64,000 bases of DNA from Podarcis liolepis (lineage: Eukaryota), in assembly GCA_965112155.1 (NCBI GenBank), contig OZ218103.1. One strand, 5' to 3'. Positions 38,806 to 52,306 of this stretch are shown here, one piece after another (position 1 is the stretch's first letter; each line of letters opens with the position of its first letter). Below the pieces are notes generated by a model that made no database searches, was not told where the DNA came from, and saw nothing but the letters and a program-made list of their open reading frames with translations. A program made the translations under genes and the position numbers.

Positions 38806-41800
38806 CTCATGTGCTGCATTCACATTGCAGTTTATTCTGTCCCCCTGTTTTCCTAACTGTTTATTTCCACATCACATTTGAGCTTTTACACCACATAAAA
38901 GCTACTTCCAGAAATACACTAGAATATAGTGCAAGTTTAGTGCTTATTTTCATGTTATTTGCAAATGAATTTTTTTTGTAAACAAACAACATAGAAATGA
39001 GTGCTAAAGTTGTGCTATATTCTGATATATTTGTGGAAGTGGCTTTATGTAACATGAAAGCTCAAATATAATGTGGAAATGATCAGTTAGGGAGATACTG
39101 AGAAAATGGAATAAACTGTCATGTGACTGCAGCTATGGTTTCTTTGGGGGAAACAAACCATAAGCACTGGTTCACATAGAAGACAAAGGCAGCCTCTGGT
39201 TTGTTTCCTCCTTGACACACCAAAGGAAGAGTGCAATAGGGACTTTGGAGCAGTATGCTCCAGCACACTGCTCATTCACATAAAGCACTTAATTTTAACT
39301 ATGGTTTAACATGTACAAACCAGGTCATTATCTTTCTCTCTGTGTGGGGATTTTTCAGATTTGAGACATCATATCGGGCCTTTCTATTTTTCCAAACACA
39401 TCACAGCCCAAGTTCTAACAGTGACAATTCAGATCCAAGGGTAGCAGTGAAGGCAAAGGATAACACAGGTGGGTACAGGAGACTTGGGCAAAGAAATAAA
39501 TATATGGTATTGCCTAACAAAGGAGGGTTATATAAAATGGGTGGGGGGAGCAGAAGAAGCTGGGTAACAGATTTGATTCATGGTAATGGGAAATATTGTA
39601 GGTGGTACCTCAAAAGAGGATGCAACGTTCTCCAAGGAACAACCAAGGATTCATATTTATCTGGTACATAGCTAGAACAAACAAGTACAAAAGGCTTCCT
39701 AACACATTATTCAATGTCCTGAAAACCACAGAGAACATGAGAGACTGAGGCTTGCCCGGGCTTGTCCCAGCTTGTGTACAATGCATTAAGTAATGGTTTA
39801 TAGCATGATGTGTTTTTGCAAAACATCACAAAGTTTTCCCACGGAAAGTGGCAGGACTAAAAAAACAAAATAAAACCCTCTCAGAGCCCTGATTAGAAAG
39901 CATGGGACAAATGGAAGAAATCATGGGATGAGCCCTAAGTCATGCTCATTAATTTCAATGAGTTTACTCTGAGTAAGACTTAGTTGAATACCACCCAAAG
40001 CTTGAAGCTTATGTGACTTACCAACTATGATGGTAGTATATTTCTTCTACCGGTAAATTATTTTGCGAAAAAGGAAAACATACACATCTAACTGACCTAA
40101 TTATTATAATATTGCACACAACCCAGTACTCCGTTGGATTTTAAGCAAGTGCTATTAGTGACATATGACAAGTGAAACAGAGTCAAGTCTTAAATGAGCA
40201 GCAATTCATTGAAGTCAATTCCTAGCTTATATAGCACTTTATTTTCTTGGGCCAAGTTCATCCTGAATCACTAAAACATAGACATTTGAAAGTACCTAAC
40301 TTGTGCATTTCAAACTTCGCAAAAAAGCAGAGCTCATCAAGACTGTATGCACACTTCATTATAGGAATGATTCACTCAGAGAAACTGTGAAAGGGTTTAA
40401 TGGTTGGCTTCATGACTTTAAAATCAATGGTAATTTTTCCTCCTTGTGAATCAAACTGGAATTGCGCTATTAAACCATAACCTAATGGCTTTATCAGAAC
40501 ACCAGTAGGAAGTAACATGTATAAGCAGCTTTCAAGTTATTGACAATAAATTAAAAATATCCTGAATAGCACTAATGGAAGATTATCACAGCCACGCAGA
40601 GTTGAAGTTCTGCCAACAGCATAATGAAGATACACTCTATATTCGTAGCCAACAGACCTTTCTCAGACTCTCTCTGGGTCTTCTCACAATAAGTGCTCAC
40701 TTCCGCAATACTTACTTACAACAAAAGTTTGATCACAGGAGGGCATGCAAATGTATTAGAGGACACCCTCTCTTTTAATTCCACCCAAATAAGTGGTTCC
40801 CCAGCCCCCCTAAAATCAGAATCAGGTTGTCTTCAAAGATGGGAATGAATTATAAAAAATGTGCATTTGGTGTCAGGATCTTTGGGGGTTCTGAGTCAGA
40901 GTCCCAAACTCACACAATACCATGGCCCACGAACATTTAGACCCCAGAGCCATCTTTCTTAGATATAATTAGGTAAAGTGTTTCATGCTGTAGTTTGGCC
41001 ACAGATAGGGAGCACTGCAAAAAAAATTATGATGAGAGGCAGTGGATGGGAAGTCCAGGCAAGCCATAGGAGGACAGGCAGAACAGACTGCAGCCTTGCA
41101 CTGCCCCCCCTCCACTGACTCCTTTGCTTGCCAGCCTCAGGGACCTCGCCCCTAGGATCCAGATCCCCAAGCCAGCTAGTCCTGTGCTAGCAACCTTCCT
41201 CCTCCTTGGCCAGCCTCAAAACCCACTGCTGTTTCCACCACCGTTTAGTATCAAGAGCAACACAGGGGTGAGGAAGGTGCCCAGAAGTGCCAGCTAGCCT
41301 TGAGACCCAGAGCAACGGCATGAAGTGGAAAGGAACAAGGAAAACGCCCAGAAGTGGCAGCTGGCTGTCCTTGGAATCCATGGAAAGTGGAAGCTCTAAG
41401 CTGCCCCACCTTGGCCCTTTCATCCTCTGAAAGAAAAACAAACACGTCCAACTACTCTCCCTAACAAAGTCAGTACTTCTCAATTTGCCTCCCTCAGTGC
41501 AGCCTCTAGGTTCTCTGCAGTCATCTTCCAGCATCTTTCGTCTGTCATGATGTGCTATCTTAACAATCGCCAGTGTTCCAGCTCCCTTAGAAAATCTTAA
41601 GGCCTTTTTTGCTTTTCACCTCCATTTCTTCAAGTGTCTCTCACCGCAGCTTTTTAATTACACTACTTTCCAGCTTGACTTACACACAATGTTTTTACTT
41701 CCCTCCCAACCTCTTAGCCCATCATTAGAAGTGTAGACTCCTGCTTAAAGTTTCTGGTTTTTTCACTTAACTGTCATGTTCCAAGGCTGAACCTTTGACC

Positions 41801-44383
41801 GTCCTGTGCAAAACTTCCAGAACATTCCCTAGTACTTTTAACCTTCATGTGAGCTTTTGAGCCTCTAAAGCAAAAGCTATTGTTGGACAAGTTTTAACAG
41901 GAAACCCAAACTCAAAATGTTTGAAAGGCCTATTCTCAGGGGCAAATACTGATTTCCTGTTACGTTCATATCATTTGAGGAATCTACCACTACATCATTA
42001 TGATGTTTTTTCAAAAGGTATGAGCAATTTTAATTGACTCAAAAGTGCCAGGTGCCCCATTGGCCTTTGTGCTTTGACATTCTCCCTGTTCACTACTGGC
42101 AGCTGATTTACCATGCATTCCCTTTTCCTGTTAAAAGCACTACTGTGGGGAAAAAGTCCACTTTGAAGCTATTCTAATGGAAGGAGCAAGACACTAATTG
42201 CATGGACTTCAGAATTGCATTAGGCTAAATGAAACTACAGGGTTGACAAAGAGGGAATAGAATTATACTGGAGGCTTTTGGAACAAATGGTGATTCAATT
42301 AACGATGCTAACATATAAAAGCTTTCAATAGAATAGAAGGAAGATAGGAAAGGCAAATATCAGATCGCATGATATACAGAATGAAAGGGGGAAAAGTATA
42401 ATATACAAGTATACTTTTGATACAATAATGATAAAAAATCCTCCAACATATTCACAGAACCCTGTCCAAAAAAAATAGGCAATGTCAAAATGATACAACG
42501 GCACACAGCAAATGTAGTTGTTCTGTCCTCCTTAAACTTACATTTCATTTGCAAACAGCCTGATCCCGTTTTGCAAAGCCAAAACGCTTTCACCTGATCT
42601 CTTATAGCCATTGGCATGAGGCAACAGTTTCTAAACTTGATGCAGCCTTGCTTTGGCTTTTAGGGGGAAGTGTGACAGAGACCAAAAGAGGATGCCATAG
42701 GACAGAGCAGAGAACCTTTCTTTAGCTCAGTGGGCCAGATCCTTATCAGGACTGGTCTCATGGGCCAAATTTGACAGGTGGGTGACACCATCTGCCAATT
42801 AAATGACATAAATATGATGTCACATGATCGACAGGTGGGCCTTTAAAAATCCCTTAGGCAGCTTTGCAACTCTCCTTCTACTCCCCATTTAAACCCCTAA
42901 TTCCGGATGTTAGGGTGAGCATGGGGAGCTTTGCAAAGGCTTTAAAGCAACCCCTGTGTTCCTCCTTGAGTGTCAAAAAAATAGAAGACAGGCCTAAATG
43001 TACATTCCCAATATTGAATGTAACTTCATTGTACTCAAGGTGGTGCCAGGTGAATGTGGCTTAGGCCCCAAAGTACTTGGCAGATAACAGGAATCCACAC
43101 CTACTTTGCAGTTGGCTGCGGTTTTTATGGATTGGCCTTGCTGGCCTCCTTCTGGGCCCCACCTGTAGAGCGACATCAGTGATGAATTGCATTTTGCATA
43201 TAATAGGTTGTCAAGACAGCGCCACACCCTGAGGACATTTTACATGCATACTTACTGTATTTTTAACAGGGCAGTGGAGGTTAATATTATTTTTCCATCC
43301 AGGTATATTTGTGTAACATTAAATATCACTCACTGCACGGCAAAGTATTGTTCTAATTAACCAAAACTGAGCAAAAGAAATAATGTAGTAAAACTGCAGC
43401 TGTGGGGCTACTTGGCTAGTGCAATTTCTACTTAGAAAAATAAGCTGCTGTCTCCTGAAGAGTGACTTTCAAAATAACCTAAAGAAAAAGGACAGCGCTT
43501 TCGTCTCACAGGTATTAATGATGGAACATGATAGTAAGCTCTGATCTATCACATCAGAAGCAGCCAGCCTGGAAGAGAAAAGGAATGAAAATACAAGAGG
43601 CACTAAAAGAAAGCAAGGGAGGTCACTAAAATAGTGTCGCTTTGGCAGTCACCTGGGATGCATCAGAGGAAAAAAGCATAGATCTTGGAAATCTTCCATT
43701 ACTGTATCTTGAGATACAGAAAAAGTACTCTTTTAATGCACAAAATGCATATGGAACACACACAAACATACAACAAAAAGCAAATCTATCAGCACTGATC
43801 CAATTTACCCAATTACGGCAAGGAGCAAGAACTGTGTTATTCCCTTGTAATTTTTTTGGTTGATGTAGCTAGGAGGTTTGCCAAGCCAAAATAAACTAAA
43901 ATATTTAGCCTAATATATGTTGCATTTTGGATTCTTATTTGTAAACCACAACACATTCTATGTAAATCAAGGTTCATCTGAAGCACCGCTCTCAATATCC
44001 AGTTTCCTGGGGAAAACACCACCAAATTTCAGTGAGATAGCACCACTAATGAACTATGTTACGGTTACATTTTCAACATATCCATCCTCAGCTGGGAGGC
44101 ATTTCATCTGCAACACAGAAGATGATCTCACTCTCTACACACATACGTAACTATGTACAAACTGATACTGGATTGCAGAAAAAATAAAGTTCCCCAAGAT
44201 CAAACAGATGGTTCTTTCTGGTTCAGTCCATTAGCAGGAAGGATGTACTCCTCCAGTTGCTGGACTGCTAAAACTGTATGCCATCTGAGCAAATATTTAC
44301 AAATGCAGCAAAGGAACTGTTGCTCAAGCATTTATGTAAAAGCTACTAATCGTCATGATGGCTCTACAGAATCTGCATTTTCA

Positions 44384-44505
44384 GGGGCCCCATGCCTCAG
44401 TGTACCAGTTTCTGGAGATCAACAGTTGGAGAAGGCTATTGCCTTCATGTCCTGCTTGTGAGCTTTCCAGTAGCACCTGGCTGAACACCTGGGAAGCAGG
44501 ATGAG
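44384..44505 (+). mobile_element. CR1 3' UTR fragment
   Basis: ATGCCTCAGTGTACCAGTT...GCCTTCATGTCCTGCTTGTGAGCTTTCCAGTAGCACCTGG resembles the squamate CR1 3' UTR. Confidence 0.5.
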
Positions 44506-46283
44506 AACCTCTCCACTCACACCAGTGCAACTGTGAAGGTCAGCAGTGTTACAAAAGTTACTTGTTTCTAACAGAACAACCAAGTTGTTGAGGGGCTGGG
44601 GCGGGCAGGCAGAAATTGCTTGGGGGATGTATAGGAACTGTGGGCCACTGGTTAGTTACCCGTGGTAGATTTTAAAATATGGCATTTTTCATTTGTTTTC
44701 ACACATGTTCAGACTAGGTTAGCAATTTCTTTCCACCATTTGTCTATATGCCACCATAAACTTTGTCATTTTAGAGTGAAAAGAGAAACCTTGCTTAAAT
44801 TGTGTGGACATTTTGCTTACAGCTTTTGACACATTGCTTAAAGCTTTCTACAGAATGACCTTCCGATTCTTTCCACTCAGCATACATTTCAGCTATTTCT
44901 CACATGGAAACTACTTTTCTAATTACCTGCATTGACAAAAGGAGCTTTTATTATGGACACAGGAGGAAACCTGGGATATGATTATGTTTGATTAAGCTTC
45001 ACTATGACTGAAGCTGATTGTTTGACAGCTACCTAAAATTCTGAAAGCAGAGGTCAGAAATGTGAATGCATAAACTAATATCTACTAAAGTCTGACTGGT
45101 TCCATGCTGCAGCCCTATAGCACTACCAGGCAGTACTGGAAATAGATCTAAAAGGAGATTCCACACAGTATTTAACATTGTGTTATACCATCCAGGAATG
45201 TCTTTTACCATGGTCAATATCCATTATGTTTATTCACAGGCAAGTCCTGTTCAGCAAAGGTTCTTTTCAATGATAATTAAAAGCTTCCTGCTTGGGGTTG
45301 TAGCCATTTTATTGCTTCATATTCAGTGGTGGCTGAAGGATTAGTGAATTGCCCCTTAATTTCCTCATCTGTAAGCTTCCTTTCATTTTTAAAAATAGTG
45401 AAATAGAAAACAGGAAGCTTCGGGTAAAGATGAAGTAGCCCTGAAAGATGTCAAAAGCAATTGTCTACATTAGACAGGCTGGCAATCCAATTGTGTTTTT
45501 ATTGCCACTCCCCCAACTGAAAAAACCCTTGGGAAACAGAAAAAAGTTACTGGAATACATTGACCTAATGATATTCATTTGAATTCTTCATAAAACAGAG
45601 GGGCAACATAGAAGCAACCTATACAAGGCACTTTTGAGACACACAAATAGGATATAAGGCAATATTCTGTAAAGGTAAATTGCTACAATTCTCAGATTGT
45701 GACTTCATTTGAAATTATGAGTATGCCACATAGCTCTGTGGATGTCTTGCAGACAAATCGACCACATTATAATATCTAAAATCTTTTTCATGAATACCCA
45801 GACATAAAGCCAATCAGAAATTCGCATGTGCTCATGCAACAGCTGGCAGCATGGTAATGAGCAGTGCACACGCACACAAAGGGAAACATGAATGCGCAGA
45901 TAGCAACACGTAGCCTGTAGCATATTCCTTAACAATAGTGTTTATTATTAAGTCTAGATGGAAAACCATGGGTCTCTGCCCTTTTTATAGATATCTTCCA
46001 AAACCAAGCTTGTTTCATTAAAAGAAAAGTTATGCCAATATTTTTTTCCTTTGTTTGTTTTAGCAGAACACAGTCTAAAGAACCTCATTAAGAGAGGATA
46101 CATTTCACTTTGGTAGTCGTATAATAAGGGCAGAGTGCACATCATCAGTGAAGAGATGGATGACATTTTCTCCATGCATGGCATAATTCCTCCATCTGAA
46201 GCAGCAGCACGCAAAGGCAGTAAGGCTTGGAATGGAATGTGCCTCCAAAATGCAGCACATTGTGGGGCTGAACCCCATCTCAC

Positions 46284-46424
46284 CTGGACTTGTCTGAAAG
46301 GTTACGTTCGAGCTGATAGTATCATTCCCTTTGAGAAAAACCCGCACTATGTACTTCTCCCCAGGAGTCAGGTCAACCAGCTCCAGAAAGCCTTTAGCAG
46401 GGGAAGATTTCACTGTTTTGTTAC
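46284..46424 (-). CDS. NFASC: Neurofascin fifth FNIII domain, second exon (141 nt; NF186-type alternative)
   Basis: tttctcag|GT AAC AAA...AGT CCA G|gtgaga. Encodes (S)NKTVKSSPAKGFLELVDLTPGEKYIVRVFLKGNDTISSNVTFQTSP with the FNIII L.PG..Y..RV motif; phase 1-1. Confidence 0.95.
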
Positions 46425-48273
46425 CTGAGAAACAGAAACTTCATATCAAAGGCAGCTAGCAGGAAATGCAGATTACTCTGTAGGCAAACATCCCTAATGC
46501 CAGGTCCAGCTACTGACTCGACACATGTCCCTGCCGATGACACCACTGACTAACACAGAGTGAACACCCAGAGTTTCTGGCACCATCAGTTCAAAGTTGA
46601 AGGGCTCGTTTACAGAAGCTCACTCCACTTGTATGTAGGAGAATTATATTTTCCAGACTCCGTTTAATCTAACGGAGCACCTGCTTTGGCATCGTAAGAC
46701 AGCCAGCAACCAGATGGAAGCTTATCACATTACTGGTTCAGCGATTTTGCATAAAACTAGAGGGGGGGGGCAGAAAAAGAGGGAAGACTTTGTACAGCCA
46801 TCTCTGGGAAATTCTCACTTGGAACAGAAAGCGACTGGCATAGGCTTTTTGCAACTCGCAAGTGCCAGATGTGCCGAATCAGTAACAACAGCAACTCTTT
46901 CTCTGGCAGCATGCTTCTGATGCATTAGAACTGCCTTTTCTGAATTAACCTCAACACATTTTGCAAAAGATGTAGAAAAAGTCACTTCTAAACTCTTATT
47001 AAGAGCATGCACACAGATCACAACATCAAATTATATTAAAGGTACACTGCTAAAAGCATTCAAACATAAAGTGAATAAAAAAGAACCCTGTTTGCAAACT
47101 CCAATGTAGATACCCTATGAAACTGCAAGTATTCCAATACTTCAGGAGTTTTGGAAGTGCTTGGATGCTGTGTTAACTTAACCTTAGCAAATCATTAGGC
47201 ATGGAAGTCCCTAATCGGCAATGTTACAGACGTGTATGAATCTACAAATATACTTTTGCTAGCAATGGCTAGGTTAATGAGAGCACCAAGCCTGAGAATT
47301 GAAATCACTGGAGTCCTTTAAAGAAAATCTAAGCAGCTGGTTTTGACAAACCTAATTTATCAAAGTACTACAAAACTGGAAGCATGAGAAGCTTCCCAAA
47401 GAAAAGAAGATTCACTTTCCCACTCTGTGACAATGCAGCAGCCAGCTGAGTGGAATACACAGGAATCCTCCAAATCATATCCACACAATGGGTGTTACAT
47501 TGACTGCTTACTATTTAATCATGCTAGATGCAAATTCTTAAAGGGTCAGTTCTTGATTACTTAATTTAAAAATCTAAACACAATACTGTATTGATAATTT
47601 TATGGAACCAACACCTAGAACAGGACTTGGCCCAGCAAACTAAAACCAAGGAAAGCAGGTCTAGGGCACATATATAACTTGCCCCCAAAGCTATATGGCT
47701 GACATTCAATGTTTAATTCTTTGACCAGCACATAACTACTTAAAAACTGCAGGTAGCATGTAAGCAGGAAGTAGAGTGAAGTATGAATGGCTTGAAAGCA
47801 AAAATTATGTAGATAACTAATTATAAATCTCCAACTAAAACAAAATGTGATCATTACTATTAACCCCCACATTATTTGCTATAGAGGGGATCTATAGATT
47901 TTTGTATCTATTTCTGCTTCTTTCTATGGCACTTACAGCCATCACAGATTCACTTAGGGCAGTATTTTTTAAAAAGCAGGTCCTTTTTAGGATGTGTTAT
48001 TCTGAATCCTCCACTGAAAGGAGACGGCAGTTATTGTGTTTAAGAGAACAGCAACATAAAACACAGTGTCAATATAATCTGAAGGACAAGTTAAATGCCA
48101 TGCCGTTGGTTCCCCCCCCCCCCAAAAAAAAAATCCTCCATGCACAAATTAAGCAGTACAATTAGTTACACTATAATGAACATTGCATGAAAGGTCCATT
48201 AAACCTCTGAGAGATGACAGAATCTCTGGTGACATTAAGGACCCTGCAGAATTCTCGAGCTCCCAATGCTTAC

Positions 48274-48393
48274 TGTTGATATACTCAACCACAAACTCAG
48301 TTTCAGGATCAAATGTGTGGTTCCAGGTGATGTTTGCCCAGTTACTGTTAGGTGAAGCTTTTACATCCCAGATAGGCTGCTTTGCACCACCAG
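48274..48393 (-). CDS. NFASC: Neurofascin fifth FNIII domain, first exon (120 nt; NF186-type alternative)
   Basis: ttcaccag|CT GGT GGT...ATC AAC A|gtaagc. Encodes (A)[39 protein letters not shown], homologous to mammalian PNSKWANITW...FVVEYI. This frame is not in the ORF track. Confidence 0.96.
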
Positions 48394-48775
48394 CTGGTGA
48401 ACAGGTTAGAACAGAGGTTAGTAAACTGGATTATGAACAGAGAGATGCATTCTAACTGCATGCCCAGATTTAAATGAATTGTTTTCCTTAGAAGGAAATG
48501 AAGGCATCCTCCTCCTCCCCACCCCCACCAGGTATAGCACACAACGGACTGTGGATGCTTCAACATTACCTCACATAACATAACACAAACAAAAAAACAT
48601 TGCAAAGCCATTTCAATTCATACGTCACTTTAGTAATGAGAAGAACTTTTTGGGGGGTATATCTAAATATATCCTTTGAAACAGCAAGGTTTGCATATAA
48701 ATTACATATTAAAATGTACACCTGGAGATATATGCCCATGCTAATACTCTCTTCGGCCATAGCCATTCTCTAGTG

Positions 48776-48879
48776 CAGCCTTGAACAACCTGGTACCCCC
48801 TAGATGCTTTGAACTATTACCAAAGGTGATGGGAGTTGTAGTCCAAAACATCTAGAGGGCACCAGGTTGGTGAAGGTTG
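48776..48879. mobile_element. Palindromic hAT-like MITE with an internal deletion
   Basis: CAACCTGGTACCCCCTAGATG ... CATCTAGAGGGCACCAGGTTG inverted arms. Confidence 0.7.
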
Positions 48880-50747
48880 TCGTTGCACCAGCAAATTGAG
48901 AGGTACAACATTTTCAAAATGGCCAAGGATAGAGACATCAATCTTTCTGCCAAATTATCTTGGAAGCAGGATAATGGCCCAAGATAGACGTCATGTGTCC
49001 ATACATCTATAAGAGTACAAATCACCTTAGGAATTTTAGTGCCACAACAGGGCAGGGTCAACTCAGCTGCCTAATTCTTACAGGGCAGTGCAGAAGGTTA
49101 CGTTCCCAGCCCTTATGCCAATACCTACTTTGCAGGATTATAGAAATCCCACATAGCAGCTCCTGATGGTCTACATAACTAGACAGGCAGATATTTATTA
49201 ATGATGATCTGCTTCAACATTGCACCAAACCAAGGTGAAATTCATTGCCAATTCTCACTGTTTTAAAATTGAGAAAATACTGGAAAGCAAAATGTTCTTG
49301 TCACTATTCTGGATAGTGGGTAACAGAATTAGCTGGTTTTAGGTCAAGTTAGTTTGTGACAACATCAGTTTAACTGGCTTCAATCCATTAGTTTAGAAAC
49401 TCTGACTATTGCATTAAGCTTCAAGTCTATACATACTTACCTGGGAGTAAGTCCCACTGAATTCAGTTGGAGTAAGTCCCATTGAACTCAGTGGGACTTA
49501 CTTCTGAATAGACACGCAGATAATTGTTCTGTTAGTTATTATAACATGATAAAGTGAAAACAATTCAATATATCTTTGACATGAGAACACATTCATCAAC
49601 AATAAATACAGCCACTTTATGACTTAGAAAATGACAGTTTCCTCCTCAGCTATACTTTTACGTCTTTACAAAAAGCTATTTCTAACAATAACAGTTCAGT
49701 TTTTAAAATGTCTATAATTTCATATCTTGATCCATCAATTACCACTGCATGCTCATTCATGCAACATTTAGTTTTGAGCCACAGCTGAGAAATCCTTGCA
49801 TCAATAAATTGCAAGCCAGGCACCAAGTTCATATGCCTATGCTTGGAATGTACATGAGCATTCCCATTGACTCCAATGAGACTCCATGCATGCAAGAAAT
49901 TTGAAGCTGGGCTTAATCAGAACTACTTGAGTTTGCTTTAACTTCTCTTCAGGAGTATAAATTTACTGCAAACCATGAGATACTACATGTCTGTTTTTAA
50001 AGTGGCTAAGCAAAATGAGGCATTGTGCCCCAGTGGTCAGTCAAATACCTTTTTCTGGATGTGTTCCTATTTCAGATTGAGGTATTTATATGCAGTAGAT
50101 GTGGACTTGGTTAAATATCTGTTCCAGTAAGTTTGACACATGTTGCATTTTTCATACAGGGCAACCAAATATTTGCATAGTGAACGTTTGGATGTGCACA
50201 TCATTTGTTGGTAGGGACCTAGCAAGATCTCTCTGCAGCAGCCCTAAGAAGCAGTTCTCTTATGTAAAGATTTTCTTTTTAACACTGAAAAGAATCATAT
50301 GGTATTTGCCAAGTCCCATAATGAAACAGATGCATTAATTAATGCAACCACTGCTTTTACTACATTGTAGGGATGACAGCCGATTTAGCCCACTATATTT
50401 TGTTATAGTGTATTTGCTGTACCTGCTTATCCTAGCCTACAGATAGCAAGGAAAACTCTTGTGTTATACATGTGCATAAACAAAGCTGACCTGTCTCTCT
50501 GAAGAACAAATTAATCTAAAGTAACTTTATCACGGCAACATACTGAGACCTTGAATGCACAACCCAAGGATTACTTTTCATTTGCTGCTAATCTTTTATC
50601 ACAGCACTGAGAAACTCTACGTGTTGGATGGTTTTCAAAGCAACAAACCTTGATGTTAAGCCTGAATTACAGGCTTAAAAAACCCCCTGACAAGATCCAG
50701 GTATGGATTGGACGACTAATAGAAAAGGAAAGATGAAAACACAGTAC

Positions 50748-50975
50748 CAGAATCCTCTACTGGGATACCTATTGTGCTAGCAATAATTGTGGTGATGGCT
50801 GCTTCTGTGGTGGTTGGAGCTTCTGTGGTGGTTGGAGCTTCGGTAGTGGTTGGAGCTTCTGTGGTCGTGGTTGTGGTGGTAGCTTCTGTGGTGGTTGTGA
50901 TAGTAGTAGCTTCTGTGGTGGTGGTGGTGGTGGCCACAATGGTAGTAGGGCTGATGGTTGTTGGAGAGATTACAA
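50748..50975 (-). CDS. NFASC: Neurofascin mucin-like PAT exon (228 nt; NF186-type alternative)
   Basis: cttctcccag|TT GTA ATC TCT CCA...GAG GAT TCT G|gtactg. Thr/Pro/Ala-rich (VISPTTISPTTIVATTTT...TEAPTTTEAPTTTEAPTTTEAAITTIIASTIGIPVEDS). Phase 1-1, at the expected position just before FNIII-5. Confidence 0.95.
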
Positions 50976-51984
50976 CTGGGAGAAGGAAGTGTAAAAACTA
51001 CATTTTGAAAAGTATTTATATTTTCCAGTTCTTTGGTTTTGTCATTCCCTGAAGCTAGGCGCGCATGCAAGATATGGCAAAGTGGATCAAGACACACACA
51101 CACACAAACAAACAAACAAACACAAAACATACAATTCAGGGGCAAAAAGAACGAAGCCATCTGCAAAGAGGACAACAAAGCCTGAGTTTCGCTTTCTTTC
51201 CTTGGCACACTTTTGACTAACAACAGTTAATACAATTCAGCTGCAGAGTGGGCAGGTGTGGGAGAGTCCTGGAATCCATCAAATAAAGGTGCATGCAAAA
51301 CCTTCTGTAGGCAAGTGCACTGTAAACATATGGGCAAAGCAGCAGAAAGTGGGAGGCATTGGCTTAAAACAAATACTTGCCCAGAAACATGCTATTTGTT
51401 TTTAGGTTCCATTCACTGACTGAACAGAATGCTTCTCTTGGTTGTGAGAGCATTAGGGCACTCCAGCCCCTGCGGACAGCAGATAGAGGCTTAACTGGAT
51501 TAAAAAGCAAGAAAATGCATACATATCTCCGTGAGATAACGTGAGAATGGGCCCGACTCCTCAAAATGAAGCAACTTGCATGATACAGCAAGTAAAGTTT
51601 TCCTCCCTCGACACTGAAATAGGAAACTTCAAGAAACAATGCAGAACAAGAAACTGTAATTCAGCCTTTTAACGTTAAGAGTAAGACATGTGGAAACCAC
51701 AAACAATGAACTTAACTTCTAAGTGGTTTTCACCATTCTAAAGCTACTATGTTTAAAACATAGCTATTTTAAGACTCAGTAGGTTGCCAAATAATGCATC
51801 TAAAGAAAATACACAATACAGTTTCACATGTGAATGCATTTATAATGTGATCCTGTATATATCTGGGCCTTAGTCCCATGTAAACAGATCACAGCTTTAG
51901 CTCATGAACATGTGTTTGCTTTTCCAACATATAGAAGAAATAAATACAAATAGCCTTTATGTATCCTCTTGAATACTTCTGATA

Positions 51985-52253
51985 TTTCCTATGGTGGCTT
52001 CCTGCTTCTGGAATGCTCTCCCCAGGGAGTTCACCTGCAACCTTCGTTACCTATCTTTAGTGGCCAGGCAAAAACGCTCCTATTCTCCCAAGTCTTTGGC
52101 TAATTAAACAATCTATGGCCTTTTAAAGTGTGTATGGGGTAGTTATTCTTTTTGTTTGTTATTATGGTATGTATTTTTGTGTTTTTATATTGTAACCCAC
52201 CCTGTGATCTTTGGATGAAGGGCGGTATAGAAATTTTATAAATAATAGTAATA
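51985..52253 (+). mobile_element. L2-clade LINE 3' end, decayed
   Basis: ATGGTGGCTTCCTGCTTCTGGAATGCTCTCCCC (the W-N-A-L-P motif), a T-rich UTR, and a TGTAACCCACCCTG...GAAGGGCGGTATAGAAAT tail. Confidence 0.7.
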
Positions 52254-52306
52254 AGAGTAAGAACTCTAATACAGGTGGGACTTAGCTCAGGGTTAAAATA
52301 CTAAAG

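Noticed and set aside
38386-38819. ORFs with poly-Ile runs
   Set aside because: Translation of the (AAT)n tail and the L2 ORF2 remnant, not a host gene.
50774-51223. His-rich (-) and Val-rich (+) ORFs
   Set aside because: Alternative frames and antisense of the Thr-rich PAT exon. Only the Thr frame fits the splice phases.
51460-51485. RE1/NRSE-like TCCAGCCCC-TGC-GGACAG
   Set aside because: Non-canonical spacer and mismatches in the left half-site; too weak to call.
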